Shown here one piece after another: positions 18,269 to 26,373 of a DNA stretch of 64,000 nucleotides; within the stretch, counting starts at the first letter, position 1, and every line of letters starts with the position of its first letter. The notes under the pieces are model-generated. The model was not told the DNA's origin. It did no database searches and saw only the letters and a program-made list of their open reading frames with translations. Location of the stretch: assembly GCA_041489255.1 (NCBI GenBank), contig JBGPQV010000001.1:110606-174605 (forward strand). The letters run 5' to 3'. The position numbers were made by a program, and so were the translations under genes. Source of the stretch: Thermoplasmata archaeon (lineage in GTDB: Archaea; Thermoplasmatota; Thermoplasmata; RBG-16-68-12; JAFNFQ01).

Positions 18269-21200
18269 TCAGAGATCTATCCGCACGATCTCGACGTCCA
18301 TTCCTGGCCACAGGTACGGAGACGAGTACGGGTTGCCGTTATCATCGTCCGCGACTATGAGCGTGACGTACAGGAAATAGGGCATCTGGCTCTCGTCGAA
18401 CGTGTGGGTGGCCGTGTCGTGCGCAGTGATTGGGTCGTATTCTGGACTTCTGACGGAATTGTCTGCGAAGATAAACTTCGGCTCCTTGAAGGGCAGCAGG
18501 TTGAAATCGTCGCTGGTTGCGCTGGTGTAGAAGATGCCCGGGTGCGCGTAGATGTGCAGGTTGTACGGAGTCAAGTCGCTCCACGCCCAAGCGAAGACGA
18601 GGTCGTCACTGCCTGGGTCTGTCGCCACGGCCTCGAATGTCAGCGGGCTGCCTATTGCGAGGCGCTTGAACTCCTTGTTGCCGATTGTAGCCACACTCGG
18701 ACCGTCATTGCTGTCGAATGTGCGCCTGAGCTCCTTCATCTTGCCGCCGGGCCAAGTCGATTCGAAGATCCAAGTGGGGTTGGCCCCGTTGTCTCCTGTC
18801 GGGTCGTAGGCGATTGTGAGGGTGTACTTGGTGTTTGGCGTCATGTCTATCCTCAAGGTCGGCAAGCAACCGACGGCTGGCTTCCCAGGTTCTCTAGTGG
18901 TCGTGACCGTGGAATAGCTGCCGTCCGTGCCCATCACGGCTAGCGTAGCTTCATTGCCTTTGTTGCCAGACATCCTGAGGCACAGTTCGGCATTGGCGTA
19001 CGCTGCAGCGCTTTGGATTGTCGGATCGACGTTATTCACCGTGACTGGTATGTAGCGGTGGGACAGGGTCTGTGTATATGTCGGATCGGCAACTGGTACG
19101 TTGCCGACTGAGTCCCATGTCCAGCCCATGTCGTCGTCGATGACCGTCACATCGACCGTGTAGAGACCGTTGTCGCCCCAAACGTGCGTCACTGCCGGGA
19201 TCTCAGCAGACGGAATTCCGCCGATGACCCAGCCGATGCAGTTGCGCAGCAGTTTCGAAGCGTCAGCCCCTCCGTATGCGGCGGTGTAGGCGTTGATCGC
19301 GCATGACCTCTTGTTGCCATCCTTCTCGTTGACACCGACCGCTGCACCGCCGTCGTTCCAACTGGCTAGTCTCAGACCACCTGCCGTCGTTGGCAGGTTG
19401 CCGGAGTGGATGGTGCCAGACGTCACGGCTGTGACGCCTTTCACCACTGGGTGCGCCGGATAGTGTATCGTGCCGAGTGCAGCGTTGGCGAACGGGTAGA
19501 CCGCTTTCTCGAACGGACCGTAGTCTTGATCCATGTACCGACCGGTCAAGCTGAACAGCTCACCGTAGGTCGAGGACAAGTCGTATGTGGCCATGAAGGT
19601 CACAACGCCTCCCCCATGCGCGTCAAGATAGTCTGCCAGCCTATTGCCGACCAAGAGCTTGGCCGCTTCGAACGCCGGAGAACCAGACGATGCCCACTCG
19701 CCGCCATATAGAATGACGTCGAATTGCAGCATGTAGGCAAGGGTCGGTGCCGACAGAGCCTCGAACCAGTTGTATCCGGTCACGGAGCCGACGAGGTCCA
19801 TGCTCAGCAGCATATTGGCGATTATCGTGTATGACGCGCAGGTGTTGCCTGTCGTGCAGGCGTGGTGGATGAATAGTATGTCCTGCTTCGGCGGCGATAG
19901 CGTCCCCTTGTAGACCCATTCAGCCGGAGTGCCATCGTCGAAATCCAGCTTGTAGGCGAACCATTCGGTCTGCGCCATCAATGCTGGGTCGGAAATTTCC
20001 CACCCGCTGAAAAGGACGCTTTGAGATTCGTCCCTCACGACCGATGTCGGACCGCCGATTATGGCTGGTGGCACATTCTGAACGAGGATTGTGCCGGCGA
20101 CCTCACCCAGACCGGTATCGATGAACCTCAGGCTTCTGAGGGTGACTTTCACATCATCGATTCCCCAGTACCAATCGTTGTTGTTGTAGAACCGGAATCG
20201 CAGTTTCATGGTGCTGGTGAGCGGATAGCCCATCAGGGAGAGCTCGTAATACTTGTCTTCAGTCGCCGGGTTCAAGTGATGGAATTCTGCGAGTATGTAC
20301 GGATATGTCGCTCCGTCGTCGCTGCTGAGTTCTATGAAGCCGTCTTGCGTTCCTCCCGCGTAGTTCGCCACCCAATAATTCCTCCACCGGATAGAGGCGT
20401 TGTTGTACGAAACGCCGGTCATGGAGAATGTCGGGCTGTATAGGTAGCTCCATGTCCCGTAGGTCGAATAGGAGTAGCTGTTGTATGCACCAAGGCTGGT
20501 CCAGACTGTGATGGTCTGGCACCTCCAGCCCGTGGTCCCAGTTGGCGCCTTCGTCCAACCTCCCGGGAATTGAGTGATTGTGCATGTCCCTTTCTGGAAG
20601 TCCTGGAAGAGTGCGTCGGTGGATATGCCCTCAGAACCTTGATAGTCGTCGTCCTTCACTTGCACTTTGACAGACATGTAGTCCTGAGGCGAGGTCGTCA
20701 TCGGGTCGTCATCCTTGAAGGTCAGCTGGTTCCAGGGTAGCGATATCGGCATCGACAATGGCACCGGGTCAGGCTGCCTGGAGACCCACCTGATGGCGTT
20801 CGCGACCATCCTGATGCAATCGCCATTGCACGTGCCATCTGCAGAGGTCCATGACCTCCATGGCATGGCGACCGCGCGCGCTCCATTTGACACCTTCGGG
20901 TTCTCTTTGGCGGCGACCATCACGGCTCCGTCGGTCCAGTCGGCGATCCTCGTCGCTCCAGGGTTCGTGTTGAACATCTGCGAGTGCGGGTACGCCGAGA
21001 CTGAGGTGACGCCGTCCAATATCGGGTGGCCGGGTACGTAGATCGTGCCTATGTTCTTGTAAAGCCACTGGCTTACACCGTATGGCACTGGGCTGTACTG
21101 ATCGGTGAAGTATCTTCCAAGAATCTGCCATGCCCCCGGATTGTACGGGCCTCTGCCGTTCACTATGACTCCGCCGGACCCTTGGCTGCCTTTGGCATCC

Positions 21201-22744
21201 ATGTAGTCAGCTAGCAGGTCGCCTGTTCCGGCAGGTGTCGTGCCGCTGTATGTGTCGACCCAGACGACGTCGTACGCCATCAGCTGGGACAGAGTCATTG
21301 GCGTCGTCCCGAAGTTGTAGGAGTCAACCTTGATGCAGAAAGCACCGCACTGGGCTATGATGCCAGCCCTGAATGCGTTGATATAGGTGTCCACGCCCGT
21401 GGCGGTGTGGTACAGGAGTACATTGGCTCCGCCAGAGTACTTCTTGACCGGATTCCATGCAGTGTAGGTTCCGTCGGGCAGTTGCCAGCGGTACTGCCAT
21501 GTGTCGTCCGAGCCCGGATCGTCAAACGTCGCAGACACCATCACAGGGCTGCCCTCGAGTCCCGGAGTCGGGTTCTGAACGATGTCATAAGTCTGCGGCG
21601 AGACATTGTTTACATCGACGAACGCGATGTCGCCGTAGGTCAACTCCTTCATTGTCGTTTGCCGCCACTCGAAGTCGATCATGGGCTCGTAAGTTGTCCC
21701 GCTGTTGTAGAGCACATTGGGGAATCTCTGAGGCGTCCCCGTAGCGTAGTACATCCCCATGAAGGAGACCTTCTCGAAAGAAACCGCCAAGTTATTGTAC
21801 GCATTCCAATAGCCGGTCGCACTCGCATCACTGTTCTTGTGACCCGATACCATGTATTCCTTGCCGCCAATCAAAGAAACGGCGGCAGGCAGGGTGCACC
21901 AGTACCAAGCGTATTGAGTCGGCATCGACGAGGGCGTGCATGTGCCGAGCTGTGTCTGCGTGGCATAATCCCAGATTCTTAGAGACCAAGGCGTCGTGAA
22001 TGCATAGATGTAATAGAAGAAGCCGAGTCTGGTGGCGTCCATGTCCTGCTTTGCCAAGAACCTCCAGCCTATGTTCCCATATGCGAATCCGTAGGTGTAG
22101 GCCCCAGATTCGCCCCATGTGTTGCCATAGATGGTGACGGGTATTTTCGATATCCCGTCCCAGCCCTCGGCCCGGACGTTCGCGTAGTAGTTGTCGTTGT
22201 AAGTTTTGTCATAAGTCATCTGGGTCAACCAAGGCGTGTCCGCGATTCCATCATTGTTCCAGTCCCAGCGGAAGAAAATCAGGGTCGGGTCATCGGTCGT
22301 GATCTCGAAATGGATCGTGCAACTGCCCTCGAAGCATGTCGGCCCACCATAGGGACCGCCAGCATCGATGCCTGGACTGCGCGTCCCCGTGTCATCGGTC
22401 TGCACGACTCGCGCCTTTATGCCGTTGCCGATATTTCCCGTGGATCCTTGTCCGTTTTGCCCTTCCACCAGAACATCGCGACCTTCGGCTTCCTGTTCAT
22501 CGTACGGCTGATTGTCAGTAGTTGCCAATGGCAGGTTGTCTTCCTGCACTGCATTCGTGTCCAGAACCCCGAGGGTTGAAACCGTGGTTGTCTGATCGGT
22601 TCTTGTTCCCGAGTCTCCTGCGGGGCCGCTCACTGCTGGCGTGGCATCCTTGTTTGAAACAAAGGATGTGACGCTCAGCCCCGAGCTGACCATCGCTATG
22701 ACAATCAGCACGGAAAACGCCAATCGCACCCTCGCTGTTCTCAT
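18269..22744 (-). CDS. giant secreted surface protein (~1491 aa) with duplicated ~190-aa module and C-terminal PKD-like domain
   Basis: ATG at 22744 is preceded by GGGGAGGGAG. Signal/anchor LAFSVLIVIAMVSSGLSV. Two homologous internal modules. C-terminal DPGSDDLVFAWAWSD PKD-like motif. Confidence 0.75.
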   Translation of the reverse strand: MRTARVRLAFSVLIVIAMVSSGLSVTSFVSNKDATPAVSGPAGDSGTRTDQTTTVSTLGVLDTNAVQEDNLPLATTDNQPYDEQEAEGRDVLVEGQNGQGSTGNIGNGIKARVVQTDDTGTRSPGIDAGGPYGGPTCFEGSCTIHFEITTDDPTLIFFRWDWNNDGIADTPWLTQMTYDKTYNDNYYANVRAEGWDGISKIPVTIYGNTWGESGAYTYGFAYGNIGWRFLAKQDMDATRLGFFYYIYAFTTPWSLRIWDYATQTQLGTCTPSSMPTQYAWYWCTLPAAVSLIGGKEYMVSGHKNSDASATGYWNAYNNLAVSFEKVSFMGMYYATGTPQRFPNVLYNSGTTYEPMIDFEWRQTTMKELTYGDIAFVDVNNVSPQTYDIVQNPTPGLEGSPVMVSATFDDPGSDDTWQYRWQLPDGTYTAWNPVKKYSGGANVLLYHTATGVDTYINAFRAGIIAQCGAFCIKVDSYNFGTTPMTLSQLMAYDVVWVDTYSGTTPAGTGDLLADYMDAKGSQGSGGVIVNGRGPYNPGAWQILGRYFTDQYSPVPYGVSQWLYKNIGTIYVPGHPILDGVTSVSAYPHSQMFNTNPGATRIADWTDGAVMVAAKENPKVSNGARAVAMPWRSWTSADGTCNGDCIRMVANAIRWVSRQPDPVPLSMPISLPWNQLTFKDDDPMTTSPQDYMSVKVQVKDDDYQGSEGISTDALFQDFQKGTCTITQFPGGWTKAPTGTTGWRCQTITVWTSLGAYNSYSYSTYGTWSYLYSPTFSMTGVSYNNASIRWRNYWVANYAGGTQDGFIELSSDDGATYPYILAEFHHLNPATEDKYYELSLMGYPLTSTMKLRFRFYNNNDWYWGIDDVKVTLRSLRFIDTGLGEVAGTILVQNVPPAIIGGPTSVVRDESQSVLFSGWEISDPALMAQTEWFAYKLDFDDGTPAEWVYKGTLSPPKQDILFIHHACTTGNTCASYTIIANMLLSMDLVGSVTGYNWFEALSAPTLAYMLQFDVILYGGEWASSGSPAFEAAKLLVGNRLADYLDAHGGGVVTFMATYDLSSTYGELFSLTGRYMDQDYGPFEKAVYPFANAALGTIHYPAHPVVKGVTAVTSGTIHSGNLPTTAGGLRLASWNDGGAAVGVNEKDGNKRSCAINAYTAAYGGADASKLLRNCIGWVIGGIPSAEIPAVTHVWGDNGLYTVDVTVIDDDMGWTWDSVGNVPVADPTYTQTLSHRYIPVTVNNVDPTIQSAAAYANAELCLRMSGNKGNEATLAVMGTDGSYSTVTTTREPGKPAVGCLPTLRIDMTPNTKYTLTIAYDPTGDNGANPTWIFESTWPGGKMKELRRTFDSNDGPSVATIGNKEFKRLAIGSPLTFEAVATDPGSDDLVFAWAWSDLTPYNLHIYAHPGIFYTSATSDDFNLLPFKEPKFIFADNSVRSPEYDPITAHDTATHTFDESQMPYFLYVTLIVADDDNGNPYSSPYLWPGMDVEIVRIDL

Positions 22745-23126
22745 TTCATTCTCCCTCCCCGAATCCGGTGGTTGAGAGGTCCGAAGAGAGCCAGAAAACG
22801 ATAGCATGCGCCCTCCCTTCGAAGCGCGAAGAGCACGAACCCATGCACTCTGACCACCCCATTCCCCTTCCTCCGTACTTGGAGGATTCAGAGGACCGTC
22901 ACATCAAGAGAGCAACGCGGACGGTGACTTCCAAGTTCCGCTTCTCCACCCCCTGCGTTTCCCCTTCTGCGATAGACCCTCATCCAGCAATATTGGACGC
23001 TGGATACTTAATGCTGTCGCAGCCAGACAGTCAAAAACCGGTCGCCTTGGAAAACTCGGGCCCACTTCCGCCATCGGGATTTCGGATCGTGTGAACGCTT
23101 AAAGAGGGAGCCGCCATGCGCCGCTC

Positions 23127-23975
23127 ATGCGACCGCTGATTGTGACCCACTGCGGTTCCGGATCCGACAAGAAGATGCAGGACGTGGCGGAGAAATCGGC
23201 AGAAGCCGGTATGAAGATCCTTCGACGCGGTGGTTCAGCTCTCGCCGCGGTTGAGGAGGCCATCGTGGTCCTCGAGGACGACCCGCGGACTAATACCGGC
23301 ATCGGCGCGAGGCGCCGGGTCGATGGCACTGTTCAGATGGACGCGGCGCTGATGGATTCCCAAATGAACATCGGAGCCGTGGCGGCGATAATGAACGTCC
23401 GCAACCCCATACGAGTCGCAAGGCTTGTCATGAAATCTCCCCATGTCCTCCTGGCGGGGGATGGAGCCATCCTCTTCGCCCGCCAGCACGGCGTCCCTTT
23501 CTTCGATCCCTCCAACAAGGAATCCGAGGAGAAGTGGCGGGACGCTCTCGCCAAGATTGAATCGGGCGACGTGCCCGAATGGGCGGCGAAGTGGCGGGCG
23601 TTCAGATTCAGGGATACGGTCGGCGCTGTTGCCCTGGACAAGAATGGTGGCTGCGCGGCTGGCAGTTCCACCGGTGGACATCCCTTCATGCTGCCCGGAA
23701 GGGTCGGAGACTCTCCGATAGTCGGTGCGGGCCTGTATGCCGGACCTCGCGGCGCCGTCACCGCCACGGGAGTTGGAGAGGAGATAATCCGCGTCGTCCT
23801 CAGCAAGACCGTTTACGACCACATCGGATTAAAGCACACCGCAATGGACGCCTGCATCTCGGGCATCAAGCTCTTCCCGGACACCGTCCCCGTCGGCGTC
23901 ATCGCTGTCGACCGCAGAGGCTGGGGCGAGTGCTGCAATAGGGACATGGCCTGGGCAGCGCTCCCCCGCCGTTGA
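23127..23975 (+). CDS. isoaspartyl peptidase / L-asparaginase (Ntn-hydrolase, plant-type)
   Basis: GGSG... with autoproteolytic DTVGAVALD threonine and GAG motifs. 282 aa. Confidence 0.8.
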   Translation: MRPLIVTHCGSGSDKKMQDVAEKSAEAGMKILRRGGSALAAVEEAIVVLEDDPRTNTGIGARRRVDGTVQMDAALMDSQMNIGAVAAIMNVRNPIRVARLVMKSPHVLLAGDGAILFARQHGVPFFDPSNKESEEKWRDALAKIESGDVPEWAAKWRAFRFRDTVGAVALDKNGGCAAGSSTGGHPFMLPGRVGDSPIVGAGLYAGPRGAVTATGVGEEIIRVVLSKTVYDHIGLKHTAMDACISGIKLFPDTVPVGVIAVDRRGWGECCNRDMAWAALPRR

Positions 23976-24047
23976 GCCCATGATGACCGATTCCTTTATG
24001 GCGGTGCATGTATTCATGAAGCACGCAGAGTAACAAGCAGAGTTGGG

Positions 24048-24362
24048 ATGATGCAGACCAAGAGAAACTCCCTCACGAGCAAGATCGAGGCAGAAGTAAA
24101 ATTGTTGGAAAGGCATGTCGCGATGCTGAAGGCGATCATCGAGAATCAGCCGATAGGCATCATCCGCCTTTCGGAACTCTTGGGCGTGCCCCAGCACAAG
24201 GTCCGCTATTCCCTCAGGATACTGGAGCAGGAAGGTTTGATCAAGCCTTCGCCTGACGGCGCCGTCACGGCGGAGAAGCTGCAGGAATTCCTCGATTACC
24301 TCAAGACCGTGCTCGACACGATGACGACGACGGTGCAGCAGCTCCGCCAGAGCCTCGGGTAA
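24048..24362 (+). CDS. small winged-helix transcriptional regulator
   Basis: 104 aa. HTH-like core LSELLGVPQHKVRYSLRILEQEGLI. Confidence 0.5.
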   Translation: MMQTKRNSLTSKIEAEVKLLERHVAMLKAIIENQPIGIIRLSELLGVPQHKVRYSLRILEQEGLIKPSPDGAVTAEKLQEFLDYLKTVLDTMTTTVQQLRQSLG

Positions 24363-24364
24363 GG

Positions 24365-24372
24365 TTTTATTA
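24365..24372 (+). promoter_or_regulatory. TATA-like box (TTTTATTA) ~25 nt upstream of tRNA-Asn
   Basis: AT-rich octamer in otherwise GC-rich DNA, at the spacing expected for an archaeal TATA box. Confidence 0.3.
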
Positions 24373-24395
24373 GCCCCCCCGCATAGCGCACTGGA

Positions 24396-24496
24396 GCCGT
24401 CGTAGCTCAGTCTGGTAGAGCCCCCGGCTGTTAGTCCGTCTCGTCGGAGATGGAGCAGGCACCGGGTGGTCTGCGGTTCGAATCCGCACGACGGCG
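24396..24496 (+). tRNA. tRNA-Asn(GTT) with 27-nt intron at canonical 37/38 position
   Basis: Acceptor GCCGTCG/CGACGGC; D-arm GCTC-AGTCTGGTA-GAGC; anticodon stem CCCGG/CCGGG; loop CTGTTA|intron|A; T-arm TGCGG-TTCGAAT-CCGCA; discriminator G. Intron ~24434-24460. Confidence 0.75.
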
Positions 24497-24573
24497 CTTT
24501 CTTCACGATGATCAAGGGAAGGGCGATGATTGAATAGATGGTTGGATGCAGTGCTTGTTCCGCCACCGAGGGA

Positions 24574-25323
24574 TCACTCGCTTGCCACGACTTTGGATAG
24601 TTCCTGTTCCCTCTTCCTCAACTTCTCCTCTCGTTCGAGAAGTTCGAAGGCTTTCTTCTGCACTATCTTGACGCGCATCTCCATGTCCTTCTGCGCCTGG
24701 ACAAAGTCTTCGGGGATCTTCGCCTTCGCGGAATACAGATCGGCTTTGAGGGTTTCGATATCTCTTTGCAGCCGCTCCTCCCTTTCCTTCGTTGCTGACG
24801 CGGCCGCCTCCATCTCCCGCAACTTGTCCTCCTTGGCTTGCAGCTCTACCGACTTCTCCGTGTTTGACTTCCTCTCTTGTATGAGCTGCGATTCGACCTT
24901 CTGCAGTTTCTCCTGCAGTTCGTCCAGGTTGATTCCAGAATCTTCCTCGGGGGATGCTTCTTTCGAATCAGAAGGTGCGGCTCCCGCGTCAACCTCCTCC
25001 GCCGGTCCCTCGTGTTGCTGAGCCAGAGAAGCTTCGACGGCGGTCAAGGTCGCCTTCGCCCACGTCAGTTCTTGGGAACCGAGGGGCCCCCTCGACATGG
25101 CGATGAGACTCAGCTGCGCACCGTGGAGCATGGTGGCCTTGTATTCGCCGATGAAGACAGTCTGCGAATCCTCCATCGCCATGTTCCCGACCGCCTTCAC
25201 GAAGTCGTCGAACTCGACGGTGCACTCGTCGTCGACGGTGTACTCTCCCGTATAGGCGCCCTGGTCGTCGATTACGAAGAGCTTCTGCAGGGTAGCGACG
25301 TTCTTCTTTTGCGGCGTCACCAT
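24574..25323 (-). CDS. hypothetical protein with globular N-terminal domain and long C-terminal coiled coil
   Basis: 249 aa. C-terminal half is a heptad-rich E/K/R/Q coiled coil. Confidence 0.5.
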   Translation of the reverse strand: MVTPQKKNVATLQKLFVIDDQGAYTGEYTVDDECTVEFDDFVKAVGNMAMEDSQTVFIGEYKATMLHGAQLSLIAMSRGPLGSQELTWAKATLTAVEASLAQQHEGPAEEVDAGAAPSDSKEASPEEDSGINLDELQEKLQKVESQLIQERKSNTEKSVELQAKEDKLREMEAAASATKEREERLQRDIETLKADLYSAKAKIPEDFVQAQKDMEMRVKIVQKKAFELLEREEKLRKREQELSKVVASE

Positions 25324-25461
25324 TGCTGGTCCTCCCTGATCACTTTGGTCCGCAGAGTATTGCTTTGGGAGTGCATGGTCTAAGCGACCTATCTTGCTAT
25401 AATGCCATGCGAACGATTCTCAACGGTGATAAGATTGCGGTTGCAGACTTGGGCGACCATG

Positions 25462-26043
25462 TCAAGGTTTGACGAACAGGCGCGAGACCGTACTGACGCT
25501 CAGGACAACCACAAGAACGACAATCATCACGATGCCGACCCCCGCCGCCACAGCGCCTTCGATCACCCTTCCCGAACTCACGAGGAAGACTCCCTCCAGG
25601 ACGAAGCCCACAGAGGCTCCTGCGAATATCGCCAGGTAGCCATACCATAGAGTGCGAACGATTTGCCGCGTCGTCAGCGCCCTGACGTCTTCTTCCTTGA
25701 TTGCCTTGTCGCCTGCCCTGAAGAACGGCGATTGGACCGATTGCGTCTCTCTGGCCATCCGGACCTTGTAGGCGTTGACCGACTTCGGCGAGAAGTCCAC
25801 GGACGTCCTTTCCCTGCTGGCGCTCCACCCGTCCCCGTGAATCACATCGCTCGCGGCGTAGAACGGGTTGCCGCAGAGCAACTCATAGGCCATCTGGACC
25901 CTTAGGAAGTCCTCCCTGGCCTCAGGTAAATTATTGATGTCGGGGTGACACCTTTTCACTGCTCGCCTGTAGGCCCTCTTGATCTGCTCCTGGCTCGCTC
26001 CCGGCCACAGGCCGAGCACCGCATACGGATCTATCGCAGGCAT
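25462..26043 (-). CDS. J-domain (DnaJ-like) protein with C-terminal transmembrane anchor
   Basis: DPYAVLG...YRRAVKRCHPD (HPD motif) J-domain. C-terminal ~70 aa form two hydrophobic helices. Confidence 0.7.
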   Translation of the reverse strand: MPAIDPYAVLGLWPGASQEQIKRAYRRAVKRCHPDINNLPEAREDFLRVQMAYELLCGNPFYAASDVIHGDGWSASRERTSVDFSPKSVNAYKVRMARETQSVQSPFFRAGDKAIKEEDVRALTTRQIVRTLWYGYLAIFAGASVGFVLEGVFLVSSGRVIEGAVAAGVGIVMIVVLVVVLSVSTVSRLFVKP

Positions 26044-26188
26044 CGAGAGTCCGATATGACAGCTCGAATTGAGTCTTTAAATCTGGCGTGGTTACTTCCA
26101 CGAACCGGAACGTTCGACCGCTTTAGGCTTAAATAGCGGTATCCTGTTGGCATCTTCGCGGACCGGTCTCGCGCCTGATCCGCAGGAT

Positions 26189-26291
26189 GGGCCCGTAGCT
26201 TAGTCCGGTGGAGCGTCCGGCTCATAACCGGATGGTCGTCGGTTCAAACACCCGTCCGTCATGGGGCGGGTTGGAAATCCGACCGGGCCCA
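26189..26291 (+). tRNA. tRNA-Met(CAT) (elongator or Ile2-type) with ~29-nt non-canonical intron inside the T-loop
   Basis: Acceptor GGGCCCG/CGGGCCC; D-arm GCTT-AGTCCGGTG-GAGC; anticodon stem TCCGG/CCGGA; loop CTCATAA. T-stem GTCGG...CCGAC is separated by 36 nt (TTCAAA-CACCCGTCCGTCATGGGGCGGGTTGGAAA-T) instead of 7. TTAAATA box at ~26129. Confidence 0.6.
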
Positions 26292-26373
26292 TCGAATCTC
26301 CCCTGATCGGCCAGTGCGCCTTCATAGCCCCGCCAACAGCCTTTTTAGCGTCCCTTGACGTGTCCATTGCGCA

